A stretch of DNA of 64,000 nucleotides from Utricularia gibba (GCA_002189035.1 NEEC01000018.1:2170001-2234000), one strand, 5' to 3'. Numbered from the stretch's first letter, positions 49,573 through 64,000 are shown. The notes: generated by a model from the sequence alone, not told the origin. Program-made: numbers and translations.

Positions 49573-51811
49573 TCAGTAGGCTTCGAAGTCCCTTATAGAG
49601 AGCTGCCTCATATTTGGTAGATTCTCTGAGCGCCTGAGTTCCAAGGTGAGTGAGACATCTCCGGCCACTGGATTCCCGTCGCAGCCATCCGTCTTCTTCG
49701 TTCCGTAGCACCGTGAAATCTCGGCGATCGCCTCCGCAGAGGAGGAGGAAATGGCGCCACTCTCAGAGAGGTCATTCTCTGCTGCATTGTTGATATTTGG
49801 TTGAGGAGCTGCTGGATTCGCTGCTTCTTGTTGTTGTGCTTCATGCAGCTCCTGCTGGTACATTTCTTCCACCATGGGCTTCCATAGGCGAACCCTAGCA
49901 TTTATGAACCAATTTGATACCTGGGACAGGGAGATTTATGGCCTTTCAGTGGTGGGTGCGTATTAATTCTTCTGAGTTTCAGCTCATTCACCATTCAATG
50001 AATTTTACTCAACTTTGTAACCTTAGAAACTTCAATCCTCAATCAAATTTTGTGATCTATAAACGTAACAGCTACTTGAATTATTGCAAGTACGTGATCA
50101 TTGTACTACAGTACCTGGTTTTTGGATAAGCCTGTCTGCCTGGAGAGCAAATGCTTGTCCGCTTCACTCGGGTACCTATTTCATCATATGGATTAACAAA
50201 CAGACCAAGATAAGAAGCAGAATAAAGCAGTGAAAAGGCGTACGGGTGGAGGAAGTGCTCGAAGAGCCAAGATCGGAGAATGTTGACGCTGCGTTCCGGT
50301 AGGCCGCGCTCCGGCCGCCATGACTCGGGGTCAATGACCGCCATCTGCTGGAGGGATTTCTGCTGCCGGTATCTCTGATCCAGCATTTTAAGCCGAGGGG
50401 TTTCACCTTTAGTCAACCCTCGGCTGCCGGCGACATCTTTATCGCCTAGGAGTTGGCAGGCTGATTTCAGCTCCCCGGCAATGGCGTCCTTCATGCACCG
50501 GAAGTGCCGCGACATCGCCTTCTGGGCCAGAGCCGTATACGGCGCTGCAGCTCCACGGCCGACCATGGAGTCGAACCAATTCACCAATGCTTGCATTTGT
50601 TCACAGTATCTCATGTACCTTTCTTCCACCTTTTCAAACCCTCAAACGGCTTAGGACAATACAAAAGTAGCAGCAAATCCTAAACGAAAACCCTAAAAAG
50701 GATTGAAAATATTCCATTTTGGGCATCACTGTTTTTAATGCATTTTTTGCAACTTCAATCCCTTTTGGAACTATAGTTAATGGCTGACTGGAGTTTCAAA
50801 ACACAACCCAGGACCATAGTTTGGTGGAACATTCATGTCAGCAGGAAGTTCCCTAAGGACATTATTCCTGATTCTTAAACAATTTCCTCTTTGTATGACA
50901 ACTATAAAAAGTAGAACGATCCAGCACGTTATAACTGAATGAAAAGAAATGCAAACCTCATCAAGCATGGAGAGAAGCTTCATTTTTCTCCTCTGGTAAT
51001 CAGCTCTTTCAGAAGGCGATAGCGAGTTCCGATCTTTGGACTGCGAAGCCTTGGAGGAGCCACCGGAGTTAGGGTTTCTTTCATGGCTTCTAAGCTTGAG
51101 GTTCTTGAACTGCCCCCTCCCAACGCAACAGAATTCTTGAAGCAGCTCTTGGGAAGGTCTCAAGTAGCGTGAGTTTCTCAAGAAGTTTGCCAGAGAGTAG
51201 TTTGATAGTCCAATGCCTTGGCTACGGAAGAGCAACTCCGTCTGTTCGACGTTCATTTTGTGTAGCTTATTGGCCTCGGCGTTCCTCAATGACGGAGATA
51301 GTGATAAGAAGTTCCCGGTCCTCAGGCTGCCATCGCCGCCGGGATCCGCCCAGTTGAACAGATTTTGTGGGTGAGTGCCGGCTTGAACTAGTTGATGAAG
51401 ATAGGGAGAAGTTGAAGATGAAGATGAAGAAGAATCTTTGATCTGATTGTTCATAAAATGAAGCTGCCAGAGAGAGAGTGAGTGAAAAAAATGTAACAAT
51501 CGCATGAAACCTCATGATGACATGTTATAAAAAAGAGAAAAAAAATTACTGCAAGCTCGCTGCTGTTTTACTGCGACTCTCACCTCTTCTGCAGCAGCGC
51601 CATTTACTACTCCCACTGACAAGTGCTGTTTTTCCGGCCACCAGAAAGTTGGCTGGATCTGATTCTCCTCCACCATACTCGGCCCTTCCCCAGCCGTCAC
51701 GAACTCCGCAAGCATCTCTCCGGTCACATAATCCGGGTTTCTGGTGAACTCCCCGGCCGCCTGCATATCAAGTTCCTGACCTTTCATGATCCACTCTCCC
51801 TGTCTATGCAT
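49573..51811 (-). CDS. BEL1-like homeodomain (TALE/BLH) transcription factor; exons about 51811-51584, 51463-50957, 50629-50244, 50175-50115, 49920-49573
   Basis: SKY-like [25 protein letters not shown] domain KLLSMLDE|VEERY..YCEQMQ...[13 protein letters not shown]. Homeodomain [28 protein letters not shown]...[22 protein letters not shown]-terminal VSLTLELR. Confidence 0.95.
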
Positions 51812-53990
51812 TTCCAAATCTAAACAAAACCAAAAAAAAAAAAACTTTTCGCCTGATCAAAGCAACTTGAAAATGGATCTTTCTTCTGGAGCAACTCAGA
51901 CCAGGGAAGGAGAGAACGAATGAAAGAAAGGGAAAAAAATTCAAAGGGCTTTTGCACTTGAGGGAAGAGCCTCCTCCTCTTTCAATCCCATACTTCACTA
52001 TCAATCAGCAAATAAATATATTTCAATATGTAATAAATAGCATATTGCGAGTCACATTTTCTGAATAAAATACACATTTCGAATCTTGGGGTAATGACAA
52101 TAGGGGCCCTCTAAAGTGTTTAGGGTTGATTAGATTGTTGTTAACCCTAAACCCCACGTTAATCTCAGTTTGATGCGTCACTTGTCAATCTCCTTTTCCC
52201 TTGATTTGGAAACCTAAACCCCCATGCCCTAATCCATCCTCCTCCTTTTCTGGGGTATTCCAGAAATCATTTTTAGTAAGTTTACAAACTTACTTGAACA
52301 GGCATAGCCCTACTTGCTGCTTCTTTATTTCCATCATTAATGGGATCCAGAACTCAAACATTCATGTTTTTAGTTCAATCGAAAAGCTCCCATGTAATAG
52401 CCTCTTGACACACGTGTGATCATGAGTTAAGACAAGTAATTAATAATAATAATAATAATAATAGAGAATGTGAGACAACGAGAATATCACAATCTCCATT
52501 AGCAGAAACCTTTGCTGCTGCATGACAAGTTGAGTTTATTATTTGGTTATGTAGTTATAACACCTGAGGGGTCATTCCATGAATAAACATTGTGTTTTTG
52601 ATTAGGGTTTGGCAGGTATTATATGGTTTTATTATGTCACACATGTATTAAAAAAGTATATTCAAGTAAGGAGTCCATATATCATGGTCAATATTTAATG
52701 TCCTAAACAGTGACCTTCTGAGAATTTGAGAAAGCCTTCAAGGAGTGTGAATATTCTGACCGAGGGGTGTGGTTTATTACACATAATTCGAGCCTGGGCG
52801 ACTCCCAGACATGGAAACATGAGCAAAAGACCTGCACAAATGGATTACTTGAGTGCTTCGTTACTATTCTAACACACACAACACCCTTCCTGGTAAACTG
52901 TCGGAAATGTGTATGTAAGCATGGTGCTGATCGAACATACAATTATGATAGACTTGGACGCGTATGAATCATGATACAAGGTGGCGGTGTACCCCCCAAG
53001 CAAGTGGCGAGGTAAAAAAGAAAAGAAATGGAAGTCTGGTGAGAGAAAGAGAGAGAGGGAAGATGTATATATAAATGTTGATGACATTGATGCATGGAGG
53101 AGTCAAAGAAAGAGTGGTGAAGGTGGATGGGGACCAATAATAGGATCCATGGTCCCGGCATTGGAGAGGAGAGGAGAGGGGAGGGGGGAGGGGGGGTGTG
53201 TGGGGGACTGAGACTGAGACTGAGACCGACTGCTACTACCATAAGAAACAAACACAAATCACCAAGACCTGGCTTTTGGTAACGTGCATGTGTGTGTGTG
53301 CCTCCACCCTTCACCAAACTCGGCATCTTTTAATAATGAACTTTACTACTCTTTCTTCTAACCATGACCAGACACAGACACTAACACCACCCAAATGCGC
53401 ATCCATCTTCCTTTACAAGTGGTTCCTGGTTATGATGATCTTCTCTTTTCAAGTGTAGGGTGTGTTGTTTGTATCGTTCTTGACCTCTGCAGAGAAAAGG
53501 AGTGTTTGTTCACTTTCTACTATTACAAGCAGATCTTCCACTGTGAGCGCGGGAGTGGTGTTCTCTTACAAGCATAAGATTGATATAGGAAACAATGATG
53601 ATAATCACACCATTAACCAAAAAGGGGCTTGCGGATTGCGATTACAAAAGAACTATACAAGCAAAAAGCGAGCCCATTGTAGTATGGGAGTCGGCCCGAG
53701 AGCCTGTCTACACTTCCTTCACCAGTTCCAGGAAGTTCAAGACATGAAACACACCATAGCACAGAAAGAGATTTGCTCTTTCTGTCTTATGTTTCTGTGT
53801 ATGAACCCATCTCGGTGGTCAGAAGGATGACCACACACTTTATGTTTCTGTCTAGGCAACGGCACAAGACATATAATATATACATACACACAAGGCACTC
53901 GCAAGATGATGACCCGGAACGTGGGATCGAGCTACTTCATTCCAGAATGGAAGCAAAAAGGGGTTGTCGTCAATTACCACAAACCATTTG

Positions 53991-56163
53991 TTAAGGGGTC
54001 TTCGTTGAACTGTTTTCCTGCACAACAGAAAGACGCGTGTGGTGGTGAGCTACAAAGAGACACAGTGAAGATAGCATCATTCTGTAGGAGGACACTGAGG
54101 GAGACCCTACCGTTTGCTCACTGGTGATATAAGATACTACTACAGTGATGTCATCTAGTTTTCCTCCGTAATAGCGAAAACCAGCTTCTTGTGCTGCTGT
54201 GGAGAAAGGGGTCTGCCGGTCTTTATCCTGTGCTCGTTGGCGGGCTAGTGCTACTATCTTCTGGGCAGTCACTTGAGGACTGAAGCCTGCTCTCTGGGCA
54301 TGGACAACAACTGCAGTGATGTCACTGTTATATAAGTTGTCGAAAAGCCCATCGGTCCCAGCAATCACAACGTCACCAGGAGCAACAGCTATCGTGAAGA
54401 CCTTTGAAGAATAGGCAAGGTAAAGATTAGCAATGCAGTTATGGAAAACACATGATTACGGAGCAGTGATGCTGGTCAACCTGTCCAGAGCTAGGCAAAT
54501 CACCCGAATTGCCACTTTCCAATTGATAGGTAAAATTAAAATCGTGCTGCTGAACTGGTGACCTGAAAACCGTACACCCATCTCTCACAACCATAAATCC
54601 ACTATCTCCCAAATTAATTGCGTGAAGCCCCTGCATGTGAATACAAATAAGTTCATTCCAAGGTAAAGAAAAATACATCATGCTGATGCATATTCTGATT
54701 TTTGGTGAGTACCTGATCAGTGAGAGCTATTATACAAGCAGTGGATGAACCTCTTGCTCTTGTTTTAATATGAGCTTTTTCCAGAACTCTGGCTGGGTCA
54801 ATCAAACCTTTTGGTTCTTCTTGAATGGCACTAACTGAATTAGACATAAGCTCACGAGCATACAGGCCAGCATTGACTCCTAAATCAGCCCACCCACCAA
54901 CACCATCAGCTACACCAATGGCATGCTCGTTGGCACAAATGAAATGAGCATCCTCCCCACCAGTTTCTTCCTTTTCAGGATGAGGTAAATAGCATGATCC
55001 TGAATTGAGTTTCAGGAACCTGTTGAATGGAGAGCACCTGAAACAAAAATTTTGAATTGTGATATACCATGATGGCAAATAATGCAGTTAGAACCAACAT
55101 AGCATCTACTATGATGAGTAGAGCTGATCTAAAGGCACTCATATAAATTATGAGCTGTTACGTTGGATTTTATGTACGGATGATATGTTCACAACCTTTT
55201 TACGAAAGAAAGAGTAACCAGAGTCAATTACAGCATTGGCCCCATAAATTGAGTGCATTTATATTTTGAAAAAACTTATGCCTTTTTTGTGAAATATAAA
55301 AAAGTCCATCAGAAAAGTGATGACAAAATCTGCATTACAAACACAGTCGGGGAACAAAGCATAAATCATATGCAACAGCTACTTGAGGTATGTGACAAAA
55401 ACATTTCCCATTGCACCAAAAAAAGAAAAGAATCTTACAGCTCAGATGAATCGGCAGAAACTGATTGTTTCCCCTCCCTTATATTGTCACCAACGGATAC
55501 ATCATGTGCAGGGCTAGCAGTAGAAAATGTAGCTGATGAAATATGCAAATTCTCGAACCAGAACCCCCATAATGACTTGCCGCACCTTTTCCTTGTCACA
55601 TTGTACATGAAGTATCCAGAGAGCAGGAAATTATTGAGCTGCTTCTTATTTATCGAGCTCATGGTAATTTTCCCCACATGTTGAATATTTATTTTACCGT
55701 ATGATCTAGTAGGCTGGTAAGAAGGAAAGCCAGGTAGTACCAACCTAGAGATCAAAAGACTGGTTCCATTTACTGCCATCTGTGTCTTTTTTTTCTTGCT
55801 GACAAGAACTTGACTCGGCTCTGATAGCAAGCATTCGATATGATATCCACACGCTTGAAAGGAGGGCCCAGATATTGATGGTAAAGAAATTGCACGAGAA
55901 AACACTCTGATAACTGATAGATTATTCCTTTGATTCGATAAATGTAAACTTGCTTGAGCCGCAGCAACAGTTCCAGTTCGAACAAATGAATGCAGGTCCA
56001 TAAATGTTCCAGAATGTGGAGAATGAAACTGCCTAAAATGACGGATTGAAGCCTTCCCCAGTCCAGTCGGGACATTCAAATGATCAGTGGTACAAGCTGA
56101 AATCAGACTCCAAACTCTTTGCTGGATTCTACCACGAACTCTTGTGAAATAATCAGGTGGCAT
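53991..56163 (-). CDS. PP2C-like phosphatase of the PTC7/SpoIIE-like group (multi-exon)
   Basis: [77 protein letters not shown]. Confidence 0.92.
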
Positions 56164-57713
56164 TTCTCTGGATCAATACCTCTACTCCTAAGGCACTACT
56201 GCAGCAGAATATATAACCGCAAATTCCATGCAAAATGATGAAATCTGACATTCACGAGCATATATTCAAAAACATACAGCCAATAAGACCCCCATCGACG
56301 AACAAGCTATTAGCACAAAACCCCTGTTTAAATTACAAACTGATCAGAGAACAAAGGCATGCTAACAGGTGCAAACAGAAGATTTTAAAACTCAAAAGTT
56401 ACAATAATCTATCTAACAAAAAGAAGAATTAAATTGCCCAAGCTAATCAGATCGTATTAAGGCCACACGAAACAATCAAACAGGAATGACACGGCAATAA
56501 AGCAAACCCATGTACGGAAGAAAACTATAAAGGCCAAAGAATCTCTACGCACAGACAGACCAAAGACCACACACACACACTAAAAAGTCGCAAAAGAACC
56601 CGGCCTTTTAAAAAGAAGAGCACATTGACACAGAAATAACGGGCAATCTTAATGGAAGCATACTAAACAAAAGCACTGACCTCCAGTGATGAAAGACCCA
56701 ATCGAATCCCAACCCCTGGCCAAACAAACCAGAGCAGATCACAACTAAATCAAGAAACAAACTTTTTTTCCATCACTTGAGGATTTCTAAGACGTGGATC
56801 TCAACAAATTCCCCGTACCCACAGAAATTGGGAAGCAAACGCCAGGGAAACCCTAGGGAGCTTTGACCAATTTCGGCGAAGGGAGACCCCAGAGAGCCCC
56901 GGCCAACTTCACCCCTTCACACCCGTAGAATAGCCCACAGATTCCGACAATTTTTAAAAAAATATATACATTAATAAATGAATATCTTTTGCAGGATTAA
57001 GGTGCATTTTTTGTCAACGCCTATCAACTCATTGTCAAATTTAGACACTAATCAGTCCTTAATTAATCTCATCCCTCATTATTTCACATTATTTTAAAAA
57101 TATATATTCTTAAAAAAATAGAGGTCTGCTGGGCTACTCTTGGCCCACTAGTCAGATGCTAACGCTTTTGGGCCCGGCCCAATTCGAAAATATCAAGGAA
57201 TGATATCGTCATGCTCCAGCTCGGATCAAGGCCGTGCGTCCATGTCCTTTTCACGACCAGCTGTAAAAAGAGATTCATTCAGCAAAGGGATGCATCAGAT
57301 TTCATATTCTCTCATCATCACCAGTCCCCGCAATGGAGAATCCATTCACCGGAGCTATCAGAAGACTGGAGACTGGATTCTGATGCAGCGCTGACGTGGA
57401 TAGGATTCTACTGATATCATAACTCAGTTGGTTCACTGAGAACCGAACCTCCTTTCACTTGGTGGGAGAGATGAATCTGGTAGATATTTTCTGATATTCC
57501 CATGTCGAGGACAATGCCATACAGGCTGCAGAAATGGAATAACGAGGAACATTGTAAAGTGTTCCTCAAAGTTGTGGTTTTGTTGGCATGTGAGGGAAGC
57601 CATGTCCCCTTCAGGCTTTCTCCAAGATCCCCCTCTTCATGCGCAGGGTATAAGAGGAGGTTTCCGGTGCAGAGTTTCAGAACCACCCGCATTCGTAGGA
57701 AGACGAGTGCAGA

Positions 57714-58170
57714 ATGAGTGGGAACTCGTCTTGGACGGCGAAGCAAAATAAGGCCTTTGAGGATGCATTGGCTACTTATGACAGAGACACGCCTGACCGG
57801 TGGCAGAATTTGGCTCGGGCGGTGGGAGGGAAGAGCGTGGAGGAGGTGAAGCTGCATTACCAGAAACTTGTCCACGATATCGACCACATTGAGTCTGGGA
57901 GAGTCCCGGTGCCGAATTACAGAGACATCAACAGCAGACACAGCAGGATGGCTGAGCTACAGGATCAAAGGTAGGACGCATTTCATTTCAATGCTGCAGC
58001 AGATACAGGGATTGAGCGTTTCATACACATGCAAGAATATAGAGATAGAGGATCAAGATGACAACAAACACTTATATGGAAACTCTGAGCTCATGAATGA
58101 AGGGCCTTGCCTGCCTTGTTACAGTTTTCTCTTCTGTCCTGTCAGGATGAAATATATGAAACTTCAGTGA
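57714..58170 (+). CDS. RADIALIS-like single-repeat SANT/MYB protein; exons 57714-57970 and 58146-58170
   Basis: [63 protein letters not shown]. The AG|gtagga...cag|G splice gives the typical RMKYMKLQ* tail. Confidence 0.93.
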
Positions 58171-58619
58171 AGCCATAGCTACTGGAGTGAGTGCGTGGAC
58201 AGCATGAAAACTCAAGATAGAAGGCATCACTTATGATGAGAGCAGTTCTTTCTACAGAGTAGTATAAGGATGCTTCACCTTTCATTCCCAAGAATCTTTA
58301 TTTCTCATTTCCGCATTGAAAATGGTAGAAACTATACAGCTATGGGTTTCTGGAATAAATCATTTTCATTATGACTCAGAACTGAACCTGAATCCCACTA
58401 ATCCGGAGCCATGAGGACAGAAAATGTGGAAAATGAAACATGAGTAAACCGTACGTACCTAACTTTATGACAACCAAGACTGTTGTTTTCAATTTGTAAC
58501 CAAATAAAAGAGTGCAGAGCGCTAATGGTTCACAAAGGCTGAAAAGGTACAGTAAATACTCAACAGATAAATGAGCTGCGCCTGATACCAAAACTAGGAG
58601 AACAGCAAAGTGCGATGGA

Positions 58620-61600
58620 TCATCTTCTCTGTGATGTAGAGCAATACAAGCCAGCTGCATCGGCTCCCACAGTCGCGAGATCACAAACTGTACACAACTG
58701 TCCTTGCTGAGAAGGAACAAAATGGGCAGAGCAGTAAGGGCAAGTTATGTCTTTCTGTCCTCGATATATCGGCACGTATGTGGCTCCACAAACCACGAAA
58801 GGATTTCTGAAGTCATAGTTGAGCTGTGTGGCATCCGTCATGTTCTTTTCTGCTGCCTGTAGAACTTGGCGAGCTGTTCTATCATGATTTTCATTTGTTG
58901 GATTTGTGTCCCGAAGGCGCTGAGCAAAGTTGGCCGCAGTGCTGAGATTCTGAGCCTTGTAACAGACTGTCATGGCGTTGAGAAGAGCGAGCCTCAGGTG
59001 CGGTAGCTGCAGGCTGCAATGAGTAAAATAAGCAGCAAGTTCTTGCTGGCGAACGGAATCCCCTTCAGCTCCCTCCTCTTGAGCTCCATCTTTAGACCAA
59101 GAACATATTCTTTTGCAATGGTAATCAGTTGCCGTACCTCATCAACCTCCCTTCGTGTTTCGACAACAATCAGTGGAATTGTGTGGAGAATAGACATGAA
59201 GTGTTTAAGAGCTTCGGAAAACTTCCCTGCAGTTGTAGCCTTGTAACCAGCCTTGAGCTTATCATCCAACTGAGAGAAGTTGAACACAAGAGCTGGAGGT
59301 CCTCTTACATTAGGACTGGCCGACTCATTCCACCCCCTCTCAACTGCAATCGAAATCACTGGCGCCGAAGAAAAAGCACGCAGGTAGCTGTGGCTGCCCA
59401 ACTGAAGATCAATAAACAGGGACTTCAGTGGTGAGAAGTTGTGTATCCCGAGCTGCCGGTTCAGTAAGCGCATTGCCGTCTCAAAGTTCCCTGCAGCCGC
59501 ATGTTCAGCAGCAAGGGACGATTTCTGGACCCAAATCTGGCTGACTGGCATACCAGGTGTCGGTGCAATAAACACTGAAGCCCTTCCATTTGGAGCGGCC
59601 CTTGGTGTCTCAGCGGCAGGAGGCAAATTCAGATCCTCAAGCTCCCATCCGCCCTCTTCATCATTCTCCTTGTTGACATCCTCTTCCACCGTAGTAAACT
59701 CACCATCGACTTCCTCAGCGTCCAATGACTCTCCCCAGTTAGCGTCTGCAGCAGCCTCTTCATAATCTTCCTCTACATCTTTGACTGTATTGTCAAGACC
59801 ACCCTCGAATATACTTTTACTAACCATTAGCAAAGGCCAATCTCCAGCACAAGCTACTGGACTAGGGGGTAGTAAAAGAGAAGTTTTCCTACCCTCAGGC
59901 AGAGCAGGAATATTATCTCCCAGTTCAGCAGCTAAACGGTCTGCTGCCTCGTGAAGCCCATGTATCGAAGCTGTTATGTAAGCAAGAGGCAAATGCCCAG
60001 CAGCCTCCAGAAGCTTAACTCGCTCTTGTACATCGCCCAGGTATAGTGCATCGTGAAACTGAGCCATGACATCATTCTTCACCTCAGCTATTTTCATCAT
60101 TTTTGACAACTTGACCAGATTACCAGTTATCAGATAGTGAAAAGAGAGCCTCTCCAAGTTCTTTGTCTTTTGATAAGCATACTCAACAATTCCTGCATTT
60201 CCCTGTCGGAGGGCCTCCACACCCAATTTATACCAGTGATCTTTGTTGCCAATCTTTTTAGCAGATTCAAGTGCTTTCTCAATGTTACCACTTTCAATTG
60301 CCAAGTCAAATCGAAGTTTCTCATCCTTTACAAAATAAAGGGCAACTTGAGGGAACCCCTTCTGCTGCAGATAAGCTATCATGGCTTGTCCGCATAGATC
60401 AGTGTTTTTTATCATATTCATAACCTGATCATATCTCTTCCTCAGAAGAGACAGCTTGAATATATACTCTGTAGAATCAACAATAATAGGGCGGTTTTTC
60501 CCATCTCGATCCAAACAAAAAATGGTGTTACCATATATTTTGGTAATATACACTGGGGCATCCAGTGTCTTGATAATCCCAATATCTCCATTGGGAAGGC
60601 AATACTTAATGTGAGTCAGGGTAGTATAGATGAAAACACCACTATCATCCCAGGCTCCACTCTTGACACGAATAGTTTCATGAAAAGTGCAACGATGTGC
60701 AAGCTTTTTATCTGTTATAACAATAGAATGCTTGCTAAGTAAAGCAACATTTTCCATATCCTGCGACCAGACCACGAACCTAACAGAAGATATCTGAAGA
60801 TCCCCAAGAACAAGCCTTTGCTGAAGGTCAAAAATAGTCACCCTATCTTCAGCCTTGCACAGTAAATTTCCGGTTCCAGCATAAAAAATGGCATCAGTAG
60901 CCATGGGTAGAGGACACTTTTTTACAATTTCATTTCTTAGGTTCTTGACCACAACTTGGTTGGTGGATTTCTCAAGCACAGCAAACCTATTCCTAGCTAT
61001 AAAAACAGCCCAAGTCCCACTACCTTTTTTGGCATCTTGCACACTGTCTCCTCTGCCACTACTATCTTTAGGCACCACATAGAGTTCATACGAACCTCCG
61101 TCAACATCTGAGCAAACCAAAACAGCATTTTCGGTTGGACTATAGGAAAGAGTCCGAGGACTCTGATTTAAACTGCTGGAACCAGGATGACGAATTGGCA
61201 TCAGCTGGGAATCTCTCTGAGATGAATAGTCAAAGCTGCGCAAAAACCTTTCCTTCACATAGAGAACTGAATCACCACTCACAGAAAACGCAGGGCGCTC
61301 TCTTTCCAACTTGAAAACAATCATGCCACTGTCATGGCCTGCAGCCAGAAGACTCATTTCTGGGTGGGCTGCCAAGATCCAGAACCTGTCATGCTCCCTA
61401 CGAAACGTTTGCAATAGGGTTCTTTTGGTAGCATCCCAGACTCTTATGCTCTTGTCTTCTGAATTTGATACAATAATATCCTGTCTGGAATGAAACAAGA
61501 CACAAGAGACATTGTTCATGTGTCCTCTCAGCGTGTCCACTTCCCAAGCCTTCGTATCTGCATCATGAATTATGTACATTAGCGCTAGAAGCTTCATTTC

Positions 61601-62609
61601 ATCGCCATACATTAAGCAATATTACTAAGAAAAAACCACATAGGCCATGCAACAACATGAATTTTTCATACCATTCATGCGCCATATCTTGACTTGGCGG
61701 TCGTCTGCCCCTGAAACAATCAGAGGAAGCGTAGTATGGAAAGAAGCCCAGTTTACACCTCGATCATGGCCTTCCAAAACATACTTCACAACAGCATCAA
61801 TCCCGCCAAATAAATCAGTACTCATCTGAGGCAGCCGCAGACCATCATCAGCTGGAGATACGGACTTCTTTTTCAAGGCACCAATGTCCCACACACGAAT
61901 GGTCTGATCCAGAGAAGCTGAAACTACCAAGTCTTCTTTGGGATGGAATGAAGCACACATGACATAATGATTATGCCCAGTTAGTACTGACAGGCAAGTT
62001 CGCGACTGCCAGTTCCATAACCTTATCGTCTGATCATCACTCGCACTAACTATCCAAGGATACTCGTGATGAAACTGTGTCGTCCGTATATAATCAAGAT
62101 GGCCCAGAAGAGTAAATAGACAACGGTGCAATTTGTAATTCCATACCTTGATTTTGTAATCGTCACCTAGATATACAAACAACGATATGCATCAAGTTGA
62201 ACTAGTAAACAAACCTGGGAAACTGCATCCGATTCACCAAAGAAATGAACTTCCTACGGATCCAAAAAAGAATCAAGACCCGCAAACACGACCGCAAACG
62301 AGAACTACTAAATCCATGAACAATACAAGAAAAACTAAACAGATCAAGAAATCTATTCCAAAGATATTTGATTGAAGCAGGTGCATTGCAAACGATCCAT
62401 ACCTCCAGAAACAAAAAGAGGCTGCGATTTATGGAAGTTAATGCCTCTAACCGGACCCTCATGCTCTTCAAACCGATCAATGAGCGTACCCATGCGATAA
62501 TCCCAGAGCTGTATCACCCCGCTGTGAAGACTCGCCAGGATCCATGGTCTCTTAGGATGGAAACTCAGCCCTTCACTCTATTGCTCTTCGTCTCAAACTT
62601 GGTCAACAT
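58620..62609 (-). CDS. COPA: Coatomer subunit alpha; exons 62609-62403, 62166-61672, 61557-58620, with an apparent 1-nt frameshift near 59053-59064
   Basis: Starts [18 protein letters not shown], then WD40 repeats ([28 protein letters not shown]) and ends ...CPYC...[10 protein letters not shown]. After RRELKG the conserved [23 protein letters not shown] lies in another frame. Confidence 0.96.
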
Positions 62610-63833
62610 TTCACTAGTCCCGCGAAAATAAAAATAAAAAAAAGAGAAATAGGATCACCAAGAGACGAGGAAATCACAGCAACTCTGCGTCACAGTCACT
62701 CGGTCGGCACAAAAAAAATGTGATCTCCAAGCGGCGACTACTTCAGGCAAGTGATGCTGATCTACTCTCTACTTCCGATCCAAGAATCCAACACTAATCG
62801 ACGTCAATGGGGATTGAGCATCTTCCATCCCTCAAGACTCAGATCTGGAATCGGGTTACGGCCGTGGGTACACTCCTAATTCTTCTTATTCATCGAGTAC
62901 ACACACACACAATGGCGTCAATTCTTCTTTCATGTATTTTAGTTTCGCGAATACAATGGGCCCCATTTGCCAACGGCCCATACATTTGGGCCGTTGACGC
63001 CCAATCCACCGTCTCTACAAACAGAAGCTTTGTTGCTCCATTCATTTTGGGCCCAGCATCCAATACCCAATACCACTCCCACGGCCCACCCAGACCAAAC
63101 CATGGGCTTTTGTATTTCCCGATTTAAAATAATTTCCATTATTTAAGATCCTAAAAAAGTTTCCCGGGACCCGCAAAAAGTAGCGCCTAACTTTTCGTGC
63201 AAAGGCAATTGATATTTTTAGAACAGTGTAACTCTGTTTTGTCATTTTTCGGATGATTGTTAATTTAGAACTTTTCATTGGAATTACATTTGATTATATA
63301 TTATTATTTATTTTAATAATTATTTAATCTTTGAATGCAAAAAAAAAAGTAGTTTACTACTCGAAGAAAAAGTGTTCAAATGTACAAGAGTTTTAGTACA
63401 AATTCAATTCTCACAAAATGTGTGATGATGTAATTAGAATAAAATGGGTTTAATTTAAATAAATTCGTATATATGGAATTAAAATATTCTGGTAATTCTG
63501 AATTTATTAAATTATAAAGTGAATATGATATAATTTATAAGTATTACTTTAAATTATATTAATAATAAGCGAAATGAAAAGGGAAGGTTGAAATGCAGGG
63601 GATGGGAGGACGTGAATGGCTGAAATGGGAGCCGACTGTGTTTTTTTCTTGCAAAAACAGTGGCTCCAGAAAGTAGGTGTTTATCTGACTCATCCAACAA
63701 AAGCCATTCCCATTCTGTAACAACAGCTGGGGTGTGGGGATTTGGGTAAAGTGATATACGTGGGTGAGTGGGTGGTCTGCTACAGCCGACGCTTCTGCCA
63801 CTGAGCATCTTCCTTCGATACCATATCTGTGAA

Positions 63834-64000
63834 ATGAAAATTCTCTGCGATGTTTGTACGCAAGAAGAGGCTTCGCTCCTCTGCGTCGCCGACGAGGCCG
63901 TCCTCTGCGCTGCCTGCGACAGCGCTGTGCACTGCGCGAATAAGCTCGCCGGGAAGCACCACCGTCTCGCGCTCCGTAGCCCCCCATCTGATAAGCCTCC
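63834..64000 (+). CDS. B-box zinc-finger protein (BBX), 5' part; runs off the window
   Basis: MKILCDVCTQEEASLLCVADEAVLCAACDSAVHCANKLAGKHHRLAL, a canonical B-box1. Confidence 0.92.
   Translation, partial: MKILCDVCTQEEASLLCVADEAVLCAACDSAVHCANKLAGKHHRLALRSPPSDKP

Noticed and set aside
52940-53330. ORFs and purine/simple repeats between BLH and the PTC7-like PP2C
   Set aside because: Low-complexity GA/CA/gagact tracts typical of a transcription-factor upstream region. Translations have no domain features.
53991-54120. Apparently long C-terminal tail of the PTC7-like PP2C, considered as read-through or another error
   Set aside because: No lesion can be identified by eye, and C-terminal tails vary. 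Not supportable without alignments.

Overview
AT-rich angiosperm nuclear DNA with spliced genes (GT-AG introns), in two parts. (1) About 1-42.8 kb is a rearranged, TE-littered array of genes for predicted type-II-membrane (Golgi-type) glycan-modifying enzymes from four unrelated families. It holds 4 nucleotide-diphospho-sugar transferases (GT77/Nucleotid_trans-like), 2 GT37 alpha-1,2-fucosyltransferases (one frameshifted) plus a fragment, 1 divergent GT31 galectin-domain galactosyltransferase, and 3 membrane-anchored class I SAM methyltransferases plus a relic. Also inside it are a MIR156-family hairpin with a variant mature sequence, a frameshifted BKI1/MAKR-like gene and fragment, a hAT MITE whose target-site duplication overlaps a start codon, a Tourist-like MITE with a visible empty site, a TRIM nested in a Ty1/copia relic, tandem repeats and several local segmental duplications. 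(2) About 43-64 kb is a compact, ordinary run of conserved genes: PP2C, DUF829, BEL1-like homeobox, PPTC7-like PP2C, RADIALIS-like MYB, coatomer alpha and the start of a B-box gene. The main candidate for a novel system is the multi-family glycosyltransferase plus methyltransferase cluster, possibly a pathway for an O-methylated, fucosylated AGP/pectin/mucilage-type glycan. This function is inference. A 1-nt frameshift in the housekeeping COPA gene warns that some frameshifts here may be consensus errors. All exon boundaries and alignments were made by eye, and family assignments come from recalled motifs, not database searches.
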